From assembly GCA_040755995.1 (NCBI GenBank), contig JBFMAF010000023.1, forward strand, positions 128,001-192,000: DNA of 64,000 bases, in the 5' to 3' direction. The DNA is from Acidobacteriota bacterium (GTDB lineage: Bacteria > Acidobacteriota > CAIWXX01). Under the pieces are notes generated by a model that saw only the letters and a program-made list of their open reading frames with translations, did not search any database and was not told where the DNA came from. Every line of letters starts with the position of its first letter. Position 1 is the first letter of the stretch. Made by a program: the position numbers and the translations under genes. Positions 48,173 through 58,581 of the stretch are shown piece by piece.

Positions 48173-50515
48173 CTACGAGAATCGGAAGGTCCTTCGCACG
48201 AGGACCCGGTCCCCGCCGTCGATCATCCACGCGCGACGGGGCTCGATTGAACCGGGCGGGACCGGTGGCAAGCCGTCCGTCCTGTCTATTACACCAAGCT
48301 CGACGACACTGCCCGCTCGAACCTCGATCTGGACATCCAGCCCATCCGGCGGCGGTGCGTAGTAGTTGACTGCCCACGAGTAGCGGCCCCCTTGCCCCTG
48401 ATGTGGCCTCGAACCAGTCATTTCCTTGCCGTTCACAGCGGCGGCGAGAACTTCGCACTTGTTCGTGGTGAAGAGCGTGATGGCACGCCCCATGCGCGGG
48501 CTCGTCACTCGCAACCGGAGCTTTCTCCGATCTCCATCGAGCTCATCACTCATGAGCGCCGCGCCGGGAGCCGGCAGGGTCAGCACGGGCGCCGGGGCTG
48601 CCGGCTGGCTCCGAGTCGAGTTGATCGGGAAGAAGTCGGAGAGCCGGATCGACGTCTTTCCATGCGCGAGGAACTGTGCAGTCCATTCATCCTGCGGTTC
48701 GTCGAACGCCGACCAGAGCGCCTCGTGCCTGTCCGAGTCCAAGAAATAGATGATGCGATTCGCAATGGGACGGGTCTGGTCGAAGCCGCTTGTGCGCTCC
48801 GCCCATACGATCGAGACCATCGCGACGACGAGGGCCAGCACTGGCAGCACGAAGCGCTTCGACTCCGTCATGAACATGACCTGAGGAACAAGGCAGCACA
48901 ACATGAGTCCGGTCATGGCGCTCGCGGCGGCGAGCTGTGTCGAGCCGGTGGCCGCGAACAGCAGATAGACCGCGGGCGCGAAGAGCAACGCAGCGGGAAG
49001 CGCAGAGACGGCCGCGAGCGCGAGCCGTATCGCGGCCGCGCCGGCCACGGCCTTTCTCGGCGGCGTGATGTGGAGTGCCACCAGCCCGGCGATGACCGGC
49101 CATACGAACAGGTAGCTGAGGCCCGGCACGAATGCAGCCGAGAGCAAGGCGAGTATCAGGATCGGCGTCAGGCCGCCCATCGCCAGATTTTCGGCTGGCG
49201 TGCGCTTTTGTAGCAAAGCGTACACGCCGGTGAACACACCGAGGCAGAGCGCGGTCAGCCCCAATTGGTACAAGCCGCCGTTGTAGAGATGGCCGTAGAA
49301 CGAGGCATACTCAGGATGCCAGCGAGAGATGAGGCGCCATGCGAGCGCCGCGGCGCCGGCGCCCGCGGCAGTTCCGATCACCGCCGCCAGAGCGGCGAAT
49401 CCCAGCCCGCGAAGTGTGAGGCGGCCAGCGCGAAGACCCACGAACGCCACCACCGCGAACAGGACCAGGCTGAGCCCTGCAAGGGGCCACGCCCCCCTCG
49501 TGGAATAGTGCACCAGTCCTGCCCACGGCAGGTTGAAGTAGACCGCGTCCGAGCTGCCTTTGATCTGCGTCAGGTCGACGTTCCCGAAATGTCGGGTGAT
49601 GGCGAGCGCCTGTTCGCCGTGGTGTTGCAGACTGCGATGGTCCAGGTTTCCCGGATTGTCCAGCAGCGTGTGGTAGTGCGTTGCGCCGTCGATGAAGGCG
49701 AAATTCAATCCGGCCAGCCCTGCCTTCCGATAAGGGGTGAAAGAGGTGTCATTCGGAAGTCGCCGTGACACCTCGCATGCCCACGAGGCGCTCACAGCCG
49801 AAGGAACCGCTGAGGCAAACCCATCGATGAGGCGGCTGTTGCCTTCCGATGTCTCGTACATGATGGACGGGCCCTTGTGCCCGCGGGCCTCGAGGTTCAG
49901 CACCATCCCCACGTCCCGTGCCCACGGGTGCTCCGCTACGAAGGCGCGCGCGCCCAGAAGGCCGACCTCCTCGCCGTCGTCGAACAGAAAGATCACGTCG
50001 TTCTGGAGCGGCGGCGAGGCACGGAGTGCCCGCATTGTCTCCAGCAGGGCCGCGACCCCCGCCGCGTCATCCGCCGCGCCCGGCGCGGTGGGTGCCGAAT
50101 CGTAGTGAGCAGAGAGCATGATTGCCCGCCTTCCGCACGTACCCTTCATGCGCGCCATCACGTTCTGGACTGTCCCTGCTGAGAGTCGTTCTGCGTCCAG
50201 AGCGACTGTCTGCCAGACAACGGGAGTCAGCCCCGCCGCCCGGATCTGCTCCACCAGGTACTCCCTCACCCTCGTATGCTCCGGTGTCCCGATCGGGTGC
50301 GGTTCTTGGGCGATGGCAGCGACATGGCGCATCGCGCGCTCCGATGAGAATGCGCGCTCAGGCGCAGTTGCGGGCACAGCGCCGGGGGGCATCACCGAAC
50401 GGATGCCGAGAACCGCCGCCCCGAGGATGATGGCCGGCAGCAGCATGCCCGAGAGCAGCCCGATCACCGGCGGCGATGAAGTCTCAAGTTGGCTCGCCTC
50501 ATCCTGGTTGCTCAT
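48173..50515 (-). CDS. M28-family membrane peptidase
   Basis: AHYDS...PGAADD, DGEEVGLLGA, NLEARG, HYHT; multi-TM C-terminal half. Confidence 0.92.
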   Translation of the reverse strand: MSNQDEASQLETSSPPVIGLLSGMLLPAIILGAAVLGIRSVMPPGAVPATAPERAFSSERAMRHVAAIAQEPHPIGTPEHTRVREYLVEQIRAAGLTPVVWQTVALDAERLSAGTVQNVMARMKGTCGRRAIMLSAHYDSAPTAPGAADDAAGVAALLETMRALRASPPLQNDVIFLFDDGEEVGLLGARAFVAEHPWARDVGMVLNLEARGHKGPSIMYETSEGNSRLIDGFASAVPSAVSASWACEVSRRLPNDTSFTPYRKAGLAGLNFAFIDGATHYHTLLDNPGNLDHRSLQHHGEQALAITRHFGNVDLTQIKGSSDAVYFNLPWAGLVHYSTRGAWPLAGLSLVLFAVVAFVGLRAGRLTLRGLGFAALAAVIGTAAGAGAAALAWRLISRWHPEYASFYGHLYNGGLYQLGLTALCLGVFTGVYALLQKRTPAENLAMGGLTPILILALLSAAFVPGLSYLFVWPVIAGLVALHITPPRKAVAGAAAIRLALAAVSALPAALLFAPAVYLLFAATGSTQLAAASAMTGLMLCCLVPQVMFMTESKRFVLPVLALVVAMVSIVWAERTSGFDQTRPIANRIIYFLDSDRHEALWSAFDEPQDEWTAQFLAHGKTSIRLSDFFPINSTRSQPAAPAPVLTLPAPGAALMSDELDGDRRKLRLRVTSPRMGRAITLFTTNKCEVLAAAVNGKEMTGSRPHQGQGGRYSWAVNYYAPPPDGLDVQIEVRAGSVVELGVIDRTDGLPPVPPGSIEPRRAWMIDGGDRVLVRRTFRFS

Positions 50516-50588
50516 CCCTCAGCCTCCTGATGCTCCCCTTCGGGAGCCTGAATCCTACTCCGAGATGACGACGGAGAAAAGCCGACAG

Positions 50589-50700
50589 GGAGTTGTCAGT
50601 TGATAGTTGGCAGTTGTCGGTTGTCGAGTGCCAGTGAGTCGGCTCCTTTCCCCGTGGCCGCCGCCCATCTGACAACTGCCAACTGACAACTGTCAACTCC
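50589..50700. repeat. Heptamer-armed inverted repeat (CAGTTGT / ACAACTG)
   Basis: 32-nt arms at 50589-50620 and 50669-50700, complementary with about 4 mismatches; single arms also at about 56475-56503 and 60966-60995. Confidence 0.85.
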
Positions 50701-50758
50701 GTTCGGGACATTGTAAAGCTCTCGCCCGCTGTGGTACGATGAAGTGCGGCTTGCAGTC

Positions 50759-52168
50759 ATGATCAAATTCGGGACCAGCGGCTGGCGGGCGGTGATGGGT
50801 GATGAGTTCACCTTTCAGAATGTCCGCACGGTCGTACAGGCTATCTGCAACTACTTGAAGTCTGAAGGAAAGACACGCCGCGGAGTTCTGGTCGGGTATG
50901 ACACTCGCTTCCTTTCCGACCGTTTTGCTCGGGAGGCCGCGAAGGTCATCTCGCACAATCGCATCGTCTGCTATCTGAGCGATCGGGATTCACCGACTCC
51001 CGCCATCTCTTACGAGATCATTCGTCGCGACCTGGACGCGGCCATCAACTTCACGGCGAGCCACAATCCGGCCGAGTACAACGGGTTGAAGATGTCGACC
51101 GAAGACGGAGGGCCGGCGGTGCCGGAGGTGACACAGCGGATCGAGCAGCACATCCTGCGAATCGAAAACGAGCGCGCGGCGGCCAGCTACTATCCGGAGG
51201 AGAGCCTGATTCATGAGGTCGATCTCAGCGAATATTACTTGAAGCTGTTGGCGTCCAAAATCGACTTCGAGAAGATCTCTCGATCGGGCATGTTGATAGC
51301 CATCGATGCGCTTTACGGCACAGCCCGAGACTACCTCGACAGAATCCTGATCCAAAACGGCTGCGCGTGCGAGGTCATTCACAACTTCAAGGACCCGTAT
51401 TTCGGAGGCTATTCGCCCGCCTGCTCCGAATCGAACCTCGTCGAGCTTCGCGCGACGGTGCAGCAGCGCGGCTGCCGCATTGCGCTCGCCACCGACGGCG
51501 ACGCAGACCGGTTTGCCGTCCTGGACCGGAACGGCGACTTTGTTCCGGCGAACTACCTGCTCGCGCTGCTGTTCCGCTACCTTGTCCAGACGCGCCCGCA
51601 TCTCATGGGCGGCGTGGCGCGCAGCATCGCGACCACGCATCTTCTCGACCGTCTCGCGGCGAAGTACTCGGTGCCGTTGTACGAGACGCCGGTCGGCTTC
51701 AAGTACATCAGCGGGTTGCTGCTGGAGGGGAAGTTGATCATGGGCGGCGAAGAGAGCGGCGGGTTCACCATGGGCCGGCATCTGCCCGAGAAGGACGGGA
51801 TCCTCGCCTGCCTGCTCGTGGCCGAGATGGCCGCTTCTTCGAGCCAGTCGCTCGGGGAGATGATCCGGGAGCTCTTTGCCGAGGTCGGCCCGCTCTACAA
51901 CCGCCGATTGAGCATCAAGCTCACCGCGGCGCTCTCGGAGCGGCTGGCCGAGCAGCTCGAGCGCATGCCGGGTGAGCTGGGAGGCAGACGGGCCGTCTCC
52001 GTCAGCCACCTGGACGGCGTGCGGCTGGCTTTCGAAGACGGCAGCTGGCTTCTCATGCGGCTGGCCGGAACGGAGCCGCTTATGCGAATGTACGCGGAGG
52101 CCCCGACGCCGGCCGGGCTGGACGAGCTCATCGAGGCCGGCAGACACTACGTGTACCAATTCCAATGA
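50759..52168 (+). CDS. Phosphoglucomutase/phosphomannomutase
   Basis: KFGTSGWR, TASHNP, DGDADR, GEESGG, GTEP. Confidence 0.95.
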   Translation: MIKFGTSGWRAVMGDEFTFQNVRTVVQAICNYLKSEGKTRRGVLVGYDTRFLSDRFAREAAKVISHNRIVCYLSDRDSPTPAISYEIIRRDLDAAINFTASHNPAEYNGLKMSTEDGGPAVPEVTQRIEQHILRIENERAAASYYPEESLIHEVDLSEYYLKLLASKIDFEKISRSGMLIAIDALYGTARDYLDRILIQNGCACEVIHNFKDPYFGGYSPACSESNLVELRATVQQRGCRIALATDGDADRFAVLDRNGDFVPANYLLALLFRYLVQTRPHLMGGVARSIATTHLLDRLAAKYSVPLYETPVGFKYISGLLLEGKLIMGGEESGGFTMGRHLPEKDGILACLLVAEMAASSSQSLGEMIRELFAEVGPLYNRRLSIKLTAALSERLAEQLERMPGELGGRRAVSVSHLDGVRLAFEDGSWLLMRLAGTEPLMRMYAEAPTPAGLDELIEAGRHYVYQFQ

Positions 52169-52491
52169 AGTTCAGCAGCAGCATCAAGCGGAACCTCTTG
52201 ATCCTTATCCTCTCGGCGATGGGCCTTTCGTTCATCGTCATTTCTGTGTTCGGTGAGAAGGGCCTCATGAGCATCTACCGCGTACGGCGCAGCCTGGAGT
52301 GCGCGCGGGCAGAGATCGAGGAGGTAAGAAGAGGCAACGAGAAGTTGAGACGAGAAATCGATCGCCTGCAGAACGATCCCACCTCCTCCGAGGAAATCGC
52401 CCGCCGGGAACTGGGCCTGATCAGGAAGGACGAGGTCCTCGTCATCGTGCAGGATCGAAAGGCCGGCACGCCCGCACCGCCCTCACGCTGA
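52165..52491 (+). CDS. ftsB: Septum formation initiator FtsB/DivIC
   Basis: TM helix, FGEKG, coiled coil, EEIARRELGLIRKDE. Confidence 0.85.
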   Translation: MKFSSSIKRNLLILILSAMGLSFIVISVFGEKGLMSIYRVRRSLECARAEIEEVRRGNEKLRREIDRLQNDPTSSEEIARRELGLIRKDEVLVIVQDRKAGTPAPPSR

Positions 52492-52732
52492 CGGCGGCCT
52501 TGTCTGCTGGGACCGTGAGGCGGAGCCTCCAACCGGCCGGCGTGGCGCTCGGAGGCGGCAAGGCCGAATGCGGTTACACGTGCTCGACCGGGAACGGGCA
52601 GACAGCCGGGCTCCGTAGGGCGGTCCCGTCTGGTGCCGGAGGACTCCGATCGATCGCGACGTCGCCTTCGTCGGGCCGGCGGGACAATGTCGGCCGTCGG
52701 CACACGGTCCTCTGCGGCGCAGCGCCGGGTGC

Positions 52733-53566
52733 TTACCGCTGCCGCGCGGGACCGTGCGGTATCCGCCGGTTGGCCAGGATGTTCAGCATGGCCCGATGGA
52801 TACGCCCGTTGCTGGCGACAACCCTGTCGGGCCGCAGGGGATCGACGGGTTTGCCGGCGAAATCCGTCAAGACGCCTCCCGCCTCGGTCACCACCAGGAG
52901 GGCTGCCGCCACGTCCCAACTCTTGAGCTTGATCTCCCAGAATCCGTCGAAGCGTCCAGCAGCGAGGCAGCAGAGGTCAAGGGCGGCGGAGCCCGCCCGC
53001 CTGACCGCCTGTGCCGCGCGTATGAAGCGGGTGAAATAGGCGATGTTGTTGTCGCGGGTGGTGCGGATGTCGTAGGGAAAGCCTGTAGCGAGGAGCGCGC
53101 GGTCCAGCTTTGAGACGGTGGAAACTCGGAGGCGCCGGCTGTTGAGTCGAGCGCCTTCTCCGCGCTGTGCCGTGTACAGCTCGCCGAGCGTCGGACAGTA
53201 GACTGCCCCTATGACGATCTGGCCCTCCATCATGAGCGCGATGCTGACGCTGTAGATCGGGAAGCCATGCGCATAGTTGGTAGTGCCGTCCAGGGGATCG
53301 ATAATCCAGAGGCAGTCCGAGGCGACCGGAGCCGCAGTCATTTCCTCGCTCAGGAAGTGGTGACCGGGGAAGTGATTCCTGAGATGCTTCAGGATGAACT
53401 TCTGGCTCCTGTGGTCCATCTCTGTCACGAGGTCCACGATGCCCTTGTAGCGGACCTCCTGCTTGCGCCCGAAACGCTCGTGCAGCAGCTCCCCGGCACG
53501 GATTGCCGTCTCCGCCGCCACGGTCAGGCATCCGCGGTACGCGTCCCGCCCCTCAGGCCTCCACAT
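52733..53566 (-). CDS. suhB: Inositol monophosphatase
   Basis: DLVTEMD, SEE, WIIDPLDGTTNYAHG, RRAGSAALD, WDVAA. Confidence 0.93.
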   Translation of the reverse strand: MWRPEGRDAYRGCLTVAAETAIRAGELLHERFGRKQEVRYKGIVDLVTEMDHRSQKFILKHLRNHFPGHHFLSEEMTAAPVASDCLWIIDPLDGTTNYAHGFPIYSVSIALMMEGQIVIGAVYCPTLGELYTAQRGEGARLNSRRLRVSTVSKLDRALLATGFPYDIRTTRDNNIAYFTRFIRAAQAVRRAGSAALDLCCLAAGRFDGFWEIKLKSWDVAAALLVVTEAGGVLTDFAGKPVDPLRPDRVVASNGRIHRAMLNILANRRIPHGPARQR

Positions 53567-53673
53567 GCCCCAATTCTATTCGGAAACGCCCTCGCCGGGA
53601 ATAGGGAAATAGGTGAGGAGGGTTGCGGGGTGGCTGGGTGCCCGGGCGCCGTGGTCAATTTGACTCCCCGAAT

Positions 53674-53826
53674 TCGGCGATGCTGTGCAGCATTGATAAC
53701 ATCGACAGACTCCTCAGCCAGCAGATTGCTGATCGTGGTCGTAGACGTGAACGTGAACGGTCCGGCCGACAGGGATTCGTTCACGTTCGCGTATGCACGT
53801 GCGATGCCACCGGATTGTGGTTGACT
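53674..53826 (-). repeat. Dispersed intergenic repeat with hexamer arms
   Basis: CAGGGATTCGTTCACGTTC identical to 10084-10102; similar to 29672-29782. Confidence 0.75.
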
Positions 53827-53849
53827 CCGGGCGCCTGTCATGGCATAAT
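53821..53849 (+). promoter_or_regulatory. carD promoter
   Basis: TTGACT-17 nt-CATAAT. Confidence 0.55.
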
Positions 53850-53888
53850 ATGTCTCTGTATTTCCTAGATGAACAAGGGGGCGTACAG

Positions 53889-54407
53889 TTGACATTCAAA
53901 GTTGGTGACAAGGTGGTATATCCCAACCATGGGATTGGTGTGATTCAGGACATCCAGGACAGGGAGTTCTATGGGCAACAGGAGCGCTTCTACTCGCTGA
54001 GGATACTCGCCAACGACACCATGGTGATGGTGCCGCTCTCTAACGCGGATGGCGTTGGGCTCCGAAAGATTATCAAAGGCTCCGAAGTCGACAGAGTAAT
54101 CGACATACTGAAGGGCAGGGACTTGGAGGTCCACAAGAACTGGAAGGGTCGGTTCAAGGAGAACTCCAACAAGATGCGCACCGGGTCGATCTTCGAGGTG
54201 GCGGAGGTTTACAAGAACCTCGCTATCTTGAGCCGGAACAAAGTTCTCTCCTACCGCGAGAAGCGGATGTTGGACAAGGCGCGTTACCTGCTGGTGTCCG
54301 AGATCTCCCAGGCAGGACGCATGGCTGAAAGCGCGGCTGAAACCAAGATCGACTCGGCCCTGGCCTCCTGCAGGCCGAGCCGTATGCGGATTCACGCGCA
54401 TGCGTAG
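53889..54407 (+). CDS. carD: CarD-family transcriptional regulator
   Basis: FKVGDKVVYPNHGIG, VGLR, NWKGRFKEN, LSYREKRMLDKA..LLVSEI. Confidence 0.93.
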   Translation: MTFKVGDKVVYPNHGIGVIQDIQDREFYGQQERFYSLRILANDTMVMVPLSNADGVGLRKIIKGSEVDRVIDILKGRDLEVHKNWKGRFKENSNKMRTGSIFEVAEVYKNLAILSRNKVLSYREKRMLDKARYLLVSEISQAGRMAESAAETKIDSALASCRPSRMRIHAHA

Positions 54408-54429
54408 CAGGATCTGATACCCGACTGAG

Positions 54430-54457
54430 AGCGACTCCACTCGGAGTCGCTTTTTTT
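54430..54457 (+). terminator. Intrinsic terminator after carD
   Basis: AGCGACTCC-ACTC-GGAGTCGC followed by T7. Confidence 0.85.
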
Positions 54458-54463
54458 GTCTGT

Positions 54464-55780
54464 ATGTTGACGCTGAACATCGTCCTTCTCGTCTGCGCGC
54501 TCCTTCTCTCCGCGTTCTTCTCCAGCTCCGAGACGGCGATCCTGACGATGAACCGGTTCAAGCTGGACCATTTGGAGCGGCGAGGCGACCGGAAGGCGCC
54601 TCTTTTGAAGCAGCTCCGCTTGTTCCCCGATCGGTTCCTCGCGACCGTCCTGGTCGGGAACACCATCGTGAATGCGGCGGCCGCCTCGATCGCCACGCTG
54701 CTTTTTGCGATGGTGCTCGGCCAGAGCCAGGAGGCGATGTTCATCGCGACGGCAACGGCCTCGATCGTCCTGCTCCTCTTCGGCGAGATCACGCCGAAGA
54801 CGATCGCGACGCGACACCCTGAGCGCCTGGGGCACATCTACTTCTATGCCATCCGGATGGTGATGTGGCTGCTGAGCCCGATCGTCTTCGTTGTGACGAA
54901 GGTTTCGCACGGTTTGTTGAGGGGTCTGGGCATCAACCCGGCTCAGATCAGCGATCGGCTCTCGGAAGAGGAGTTCAGGTCGCTGATGAAGGTCGGGGTT
55001 GAGGAAGGCGCCATCGGGCAGGCCAAGAAGAGGATGCTGGCGAGCATCTTCGAAATCTCGGATAAGACGGTCAAGGAAGTCATGATCCCTCGCACGATGG
55101 TGACCATGGTGGAGGCGTCCATGGAAGGGGTGAAGCTGCTCGAGGCCGTGGTACAGTCAGGCTTCTCTCGCGTGCCAGTCTACGGAGGCGAGCCCGACAA
55201 CATCCTCGGTATCGTGCATGCGAAGGACTTGCTGGGCCTGCTACAGAAGGGCGAGCCGCCCGATGTCACGAAAATCCTCCGGAAGCCCTTCTTCATCCCC
55301 GAGAGCGCCCGGGTCGAGAAAGCCCTGAACGAGTTCCAGAAGGCACGCGTTCACATGGGGTTCGTGGTGGACGAGTACGGTGGCGTCGAGGGCATCGTCA
55401 CGATCGAGGATCTGTTGGAAGAGATAGTAGGCGAGATTCAGGATGAGCACGACGAGGAGACGGACTACATTCGGGTACAGCCGGACGGGTCCAGGCTGAT
55501 CGACGGGGGCACGGCTATCTACAAGATCAACGAGCGCCTCGGCATCGGACTGCCGGAGGAGGAGGAGTTCAGTACGCTCGCGGGTTTCGTCATAGCCATA
55601 CTGGGGCACATACCGAAGGAGAGGGAGGAGGTCGAGTTCAAGGGGCACAGGCTGGTCGTGGAGAAGGTCCTGAAGCGCAAGGTCACGCTCATCAGGATGA
55701 TCTCGCCGGCTTCGACTCCACTCGGAGAGTCCCCCGAGACGGGCCACGAGCGGAGTTCCGTGGCAGATCCACTCCTGTGA
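54464..55780 (+). CDS. CNNM/CBS/CorC (hemolysin-family) membrane protein
   Basis: SAFFSSSETA, FGEITPK, FSRVPVY, VVDEYGG..GIVTIEDLLEEIVGEI.DEHD. Confidence 0.93.
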   Translation: MLTLNIVLLVCALLLSAFFSSSETAILTMNRFKLDHLERRGDRKAPLLKQLRLFPDRFLATVLVGNTIVNAAAASIATLLFAMVLGQSQEAMFIATATASIVLLLFGEITPKTIATRHPERLGHIYFYAIRMVMWLLSPIVFVVTKVSHGLLRGLGINPAQISDRLSEEEFRSLMKVGVEEGAIGQAKKRMLASIFEISDKTVKEVMIPRTMVTMVEASMEGVKLLEAVVQSGFSRVPVYGGEPDNILGIVHAKDLLGLLQKGEPPDVTKILRKPFFIPESARVEKALNEFQKARVHMGFVVDEYGGVEGIVTIEDLLEEIVGEIQDEHDEETDYIRVQPDGSRLIDGGTAIYKINERLGIGLPEEEEFSTLAGFVIAILGHIPKEREEVEFKGHRLVVEKVLKRKVTLIRMISPASTPLGESPETGHERSSVADPLL

Positions 55781-55977
55781 CGGTGAACCCTCAGCCCCGT
55801 TGGTCGACCATCGTTATCGTGGACGTGAACGACGTAGCGGAGATACTGGCGTTCGCGCCCACGCCTACGTCCACGAATGCCAAGGTATGCCGCCGGGTTG
55901 GTGCCCCGGGACCTTGAATAGTCCCGATGCAGATGTTAGTGTTTGACTCCTGAAGTGGGGTTTGCGCGAGGAGACAG

Positions 55978-56394
55978 ATGAAGAAAGCGAAATTCGTCGT
56001 GGGTATATCGGTCTTTGCCGCCGCCGTCATCTGGTTGGCGGCTACCGGCTTCGAGGGCGCCAAGGCCTACTACAAGACAGTTGACGAGCTCTACGCGATG
56101 GGGGACGATGCATATCGTTACAGGCTGAAGGTCGCAGGCGAGGTGGTGCCGGGATCGATCAGGAAAAACGACGCGAATGTCAGCTTCGCGATCGCTCAGA
56201 AGGACAAGACCCTTCACGTCTCCTACGTCGGGCGAAACCCCATACCAGACACTTTCGTCGACAGGGCGCAGGTCGTAGTCGAGGGACGCTACCTGCGTCA
56301 AGGCAGCTTCGAGGCTGATGCGCTCCAGGCCAAGTGCGCATCCAAGTACGAGGCCCTGAACAAGACCACCGGCGCATCCCCGTCCGGTACGTGA
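55978..56394 (+). CDS. ccmE: Cytochrome c maturation heme chaperone CcmE (CxxxY type)
   Basis: G.VVPGSI, PDTF, VVVEG, QAKCASKY. Confidence 0.9.
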   Translation: MKKAKFVVGISVFAAAVIWLAATGFEGAKAYYKTVDELYAMGDDAYRYRLKVAGEVVPGSIRKNDANVSFAIAQKDKTLHVSYVGRNPIPDTFVDRAQVVVEGRYLRQGSFEADALQAKCASKYEALNKTTGASPSGT

Positions 56395-56509
56395 GATTCC
56401 ATCACATCCCTGATCGTACATGCCGTTGTTCAAGGTCCTAGCCGGCGTGGAAACCAGGTCGTCACCGTACGGGCTGACAGCTGCCAACCGACAACTGACA
56501 ACTGTTTGA

Positions 56510-58573
56510 TTGACCATGGCCTCCGTAGGTAGTTTCGCACTCCTCTGCGTCTTCGTGGTCTCCGCCTTCGGCATCGTCGCGGCGATGATCTCCGGTCGGG
56601 CAGGCCGGTTCGAGCGCGTCGCTGAACGGGCCATATACAACTGCCTCGCTCTGTATGCGATTGTCATCGTCTCGCTCCTGTACCTCCTCTCCACCGCCGA
56701 GTTCAGGTTTGCGTACGTGGCCGGCCACACGAATCGAGATCTCTCATTTGCTTACAAGATGACCGCCCTGTGGGCGGGGCAGGAAGGCTCGCTGGTGTTC
56801 TGGGGATTCGTCCTCTCGGCCTACTCCGCCGCGATCATCGCGAAGAATAGGAAGCGGTTCTCGGAGCTCGTCCCACACATGTCCGTCGTGTTCCTCGCCA
56901 CCATCTTCTTCTTTTCGCTGCTGAGCATCTTCGTGTCGAACCCGTTCAACGAGCTGGTGGAGGTTCATGCGGACGGGCGCCTCGCACCGTTCATCCCTGC
57001 CGATGGGCAGGGCCTTAACCCCCTGCTCCAACACTGGGCCATGGTCATCCACCCGCCTCTGCTCTACCTCGGCTACGTCGGCTGCATCGTGCCGTTCGCC
57101 TTCGCCATGGCGGCGCTGGTCACGCGCCGGCTCAGCAACGACTGGCTAAAGGCCACTCGCCGTTGGACCCTGATCGCCTGGCTTTTCCTCGGCGCGGGAA
57201 TCCTGCTCGGAGCAAAATGGGCGTACGTCGAGCTCGGGTGGGGAGGCTATTGGGGGTGGGACCCCGTTGAAAACGCCTCCCTCATGCCCTGGCTCACCAT
57301 GACGGCCTTCTTGCATTCCGCATCCATACAGGAGCGCAAGGGCATGCTGAAGGTCTGGAACGTCAGCCTCGTGGCGCTCTCGTTCCTCCTCTCGATCTTC
57401 GGCACCTTCATAACTCGCAGCGGCATCGTCTCCTCCGTCCACGCATTCTCGAAGTCCTCGATCGGGACCTATTTCACTGTCTTCATGCTGGTCGTCGGCG
57501 CCCTCACCGTCTACTTCATCCTCAGGCGGCTGCCCGACCTCAAGAGCGAGACCAGCCTCGATTCCCTGATCTCGCGCGAGAGCGCATTTCTGTTCAACAA
57601 CGTCGTCTTACTCGGCGCATGCGTCGCCATCCTGTGGGGGACCATGTACCCGTTCGTCTCGGAGGAATTCTGGGGACAGAAGATCACCGTGGGGCCTCCT
57701 TTCTTCAACCGCATCATGGTCCCCGTCGGATTGCTCCTTCTCTTCCTGACCGGCATCGGCCCGCTTGTGGCCTGGGGGCGGACATCGCTGGGCAGCATCC
57801 GGCGAAACCTGCTGGCTCCGGCCGTCGCCGGCCTGATCGCCGCTGCTGCGCTTTACGCCCTTGGATATCGCCACGCCTACGCGTTGCTTGACCTTGGGCT
57901 CTGCGCGTTCGTGCTGACGGGAATCATACTGGAGTTCTACAGAGGGGCGCGCGCGCGCCAGAAGAACACGGCGGAGGGGTTCTTTACGGCTCTTTACGCT
58001 ATGACCATGACGAACAAGAGGCGGCATGGCGGTTACCTGGTCCACCTGTCAGTCGTGCTGCTGTTCGTGGGATTCGCGGGAGCGGCTTTCAATTCCGAGA
58101 CAAAGGCGACGCTCCGCGAGGGCGACCAGGCCCAGTTCAAAGGCTACACGATACGGTGCAAGAAGATAGAAATAAGTGAGACCCCGAACTACCTTTATGA
58201 GAAGGCATCCGTCCAGGTCCTCCGCGACGGAAGAGACCTTGGAATGCTCTACCCGGAGGGGAGGGTGTACAAGGCCGGCGAGCAGACGACGACCGAGGTC
58301 GCGATCCGCTCGAACCCCTTGAGGGACTTATATCTGGTATTCGCCGGTATGACCGATGATCGACGGGCAGTGCTCCAGATCTTCATCAACCCGTTGGTCC
58401 ATTGGATCTGGGTCGGATCCATAGTCATGCTTCTGGGGACGCTCATTGCGGTTTTGCCCGACCGGCTTGGAGGAGAAAAGGGGAAGGGGGAAAGAGACAA
58501 GGATAGGCGTCGCTGGGTGATTTCCGTGGCCGAGCGGGATGAGGAGAAAAGGGAAAAGGGTAGGGTTGACTAG
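56510..58573 (+). CDS. ccmF: Heme lyase CcmF
   Basis: WAGQEGS, GLNPLLQH, HPP, WAYVELGWGGYWGWDPVENAS, RSG...SVHAF. Confidence 0.97.
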   Translation: MTMASVGSFALLCVFVVSAFGIVAAMISGRAGRFERVAERAIYNCLALYAIVIVSLLYLLSTAEFRFAYVAGHTNRDLSFAYKMTALWAGQEGSLVFWGFVLSAYSAAIIAKNRKRFSELVPHMSVVFLATIFFFSLLSIFVSNPFNELVEVHADGRLAPFIPADGQGLNPLLQHWAMVIHPPLLYLGYVGCIVPFAFAMAALVTRRLSNDWLKATRRWTLIAWLFLGAGILLGAKWAYVELGWGGYWGWDPVENASLMPWLTMTAFLHSASIQERKGMLKVWNVSLVALSFLLSIFGTFITRSGIVSSVHAFSKSSIGTYFTVFMLVVGALTVYFILRRLPDLKSETSLDSLISRESAFLFNNVVLLGACVAILWGTMYPFVSEEFWGQKITVGPPFFNRIMVPVGLLLLFLTGIGPLVAWGRTSLGSIRRNLLAPAVAGLIAAAALYALGYRHAYALLDLGLCAFVLTGIILEFYRGARARQKNTAEGFFTALYAMTMTNKRRHGGYLVHLSVVLLFVGFAGAAFNSETKATLREGDQAQFKGYTIRCKKIEISETPNYLYEKASVQVLRDGRDLGMLYPEGRVYKAGEQTTTEVAIRSNPLRDLYLVFAGMTDDRRAVLQIFINPLVHWIWVGSIVMLLGTLIAVLPDRLGGEKGKGERDKDRRRWVISVAERDEEKREKGRVD

Positions 58574-58581
58574 AGAGTTGC

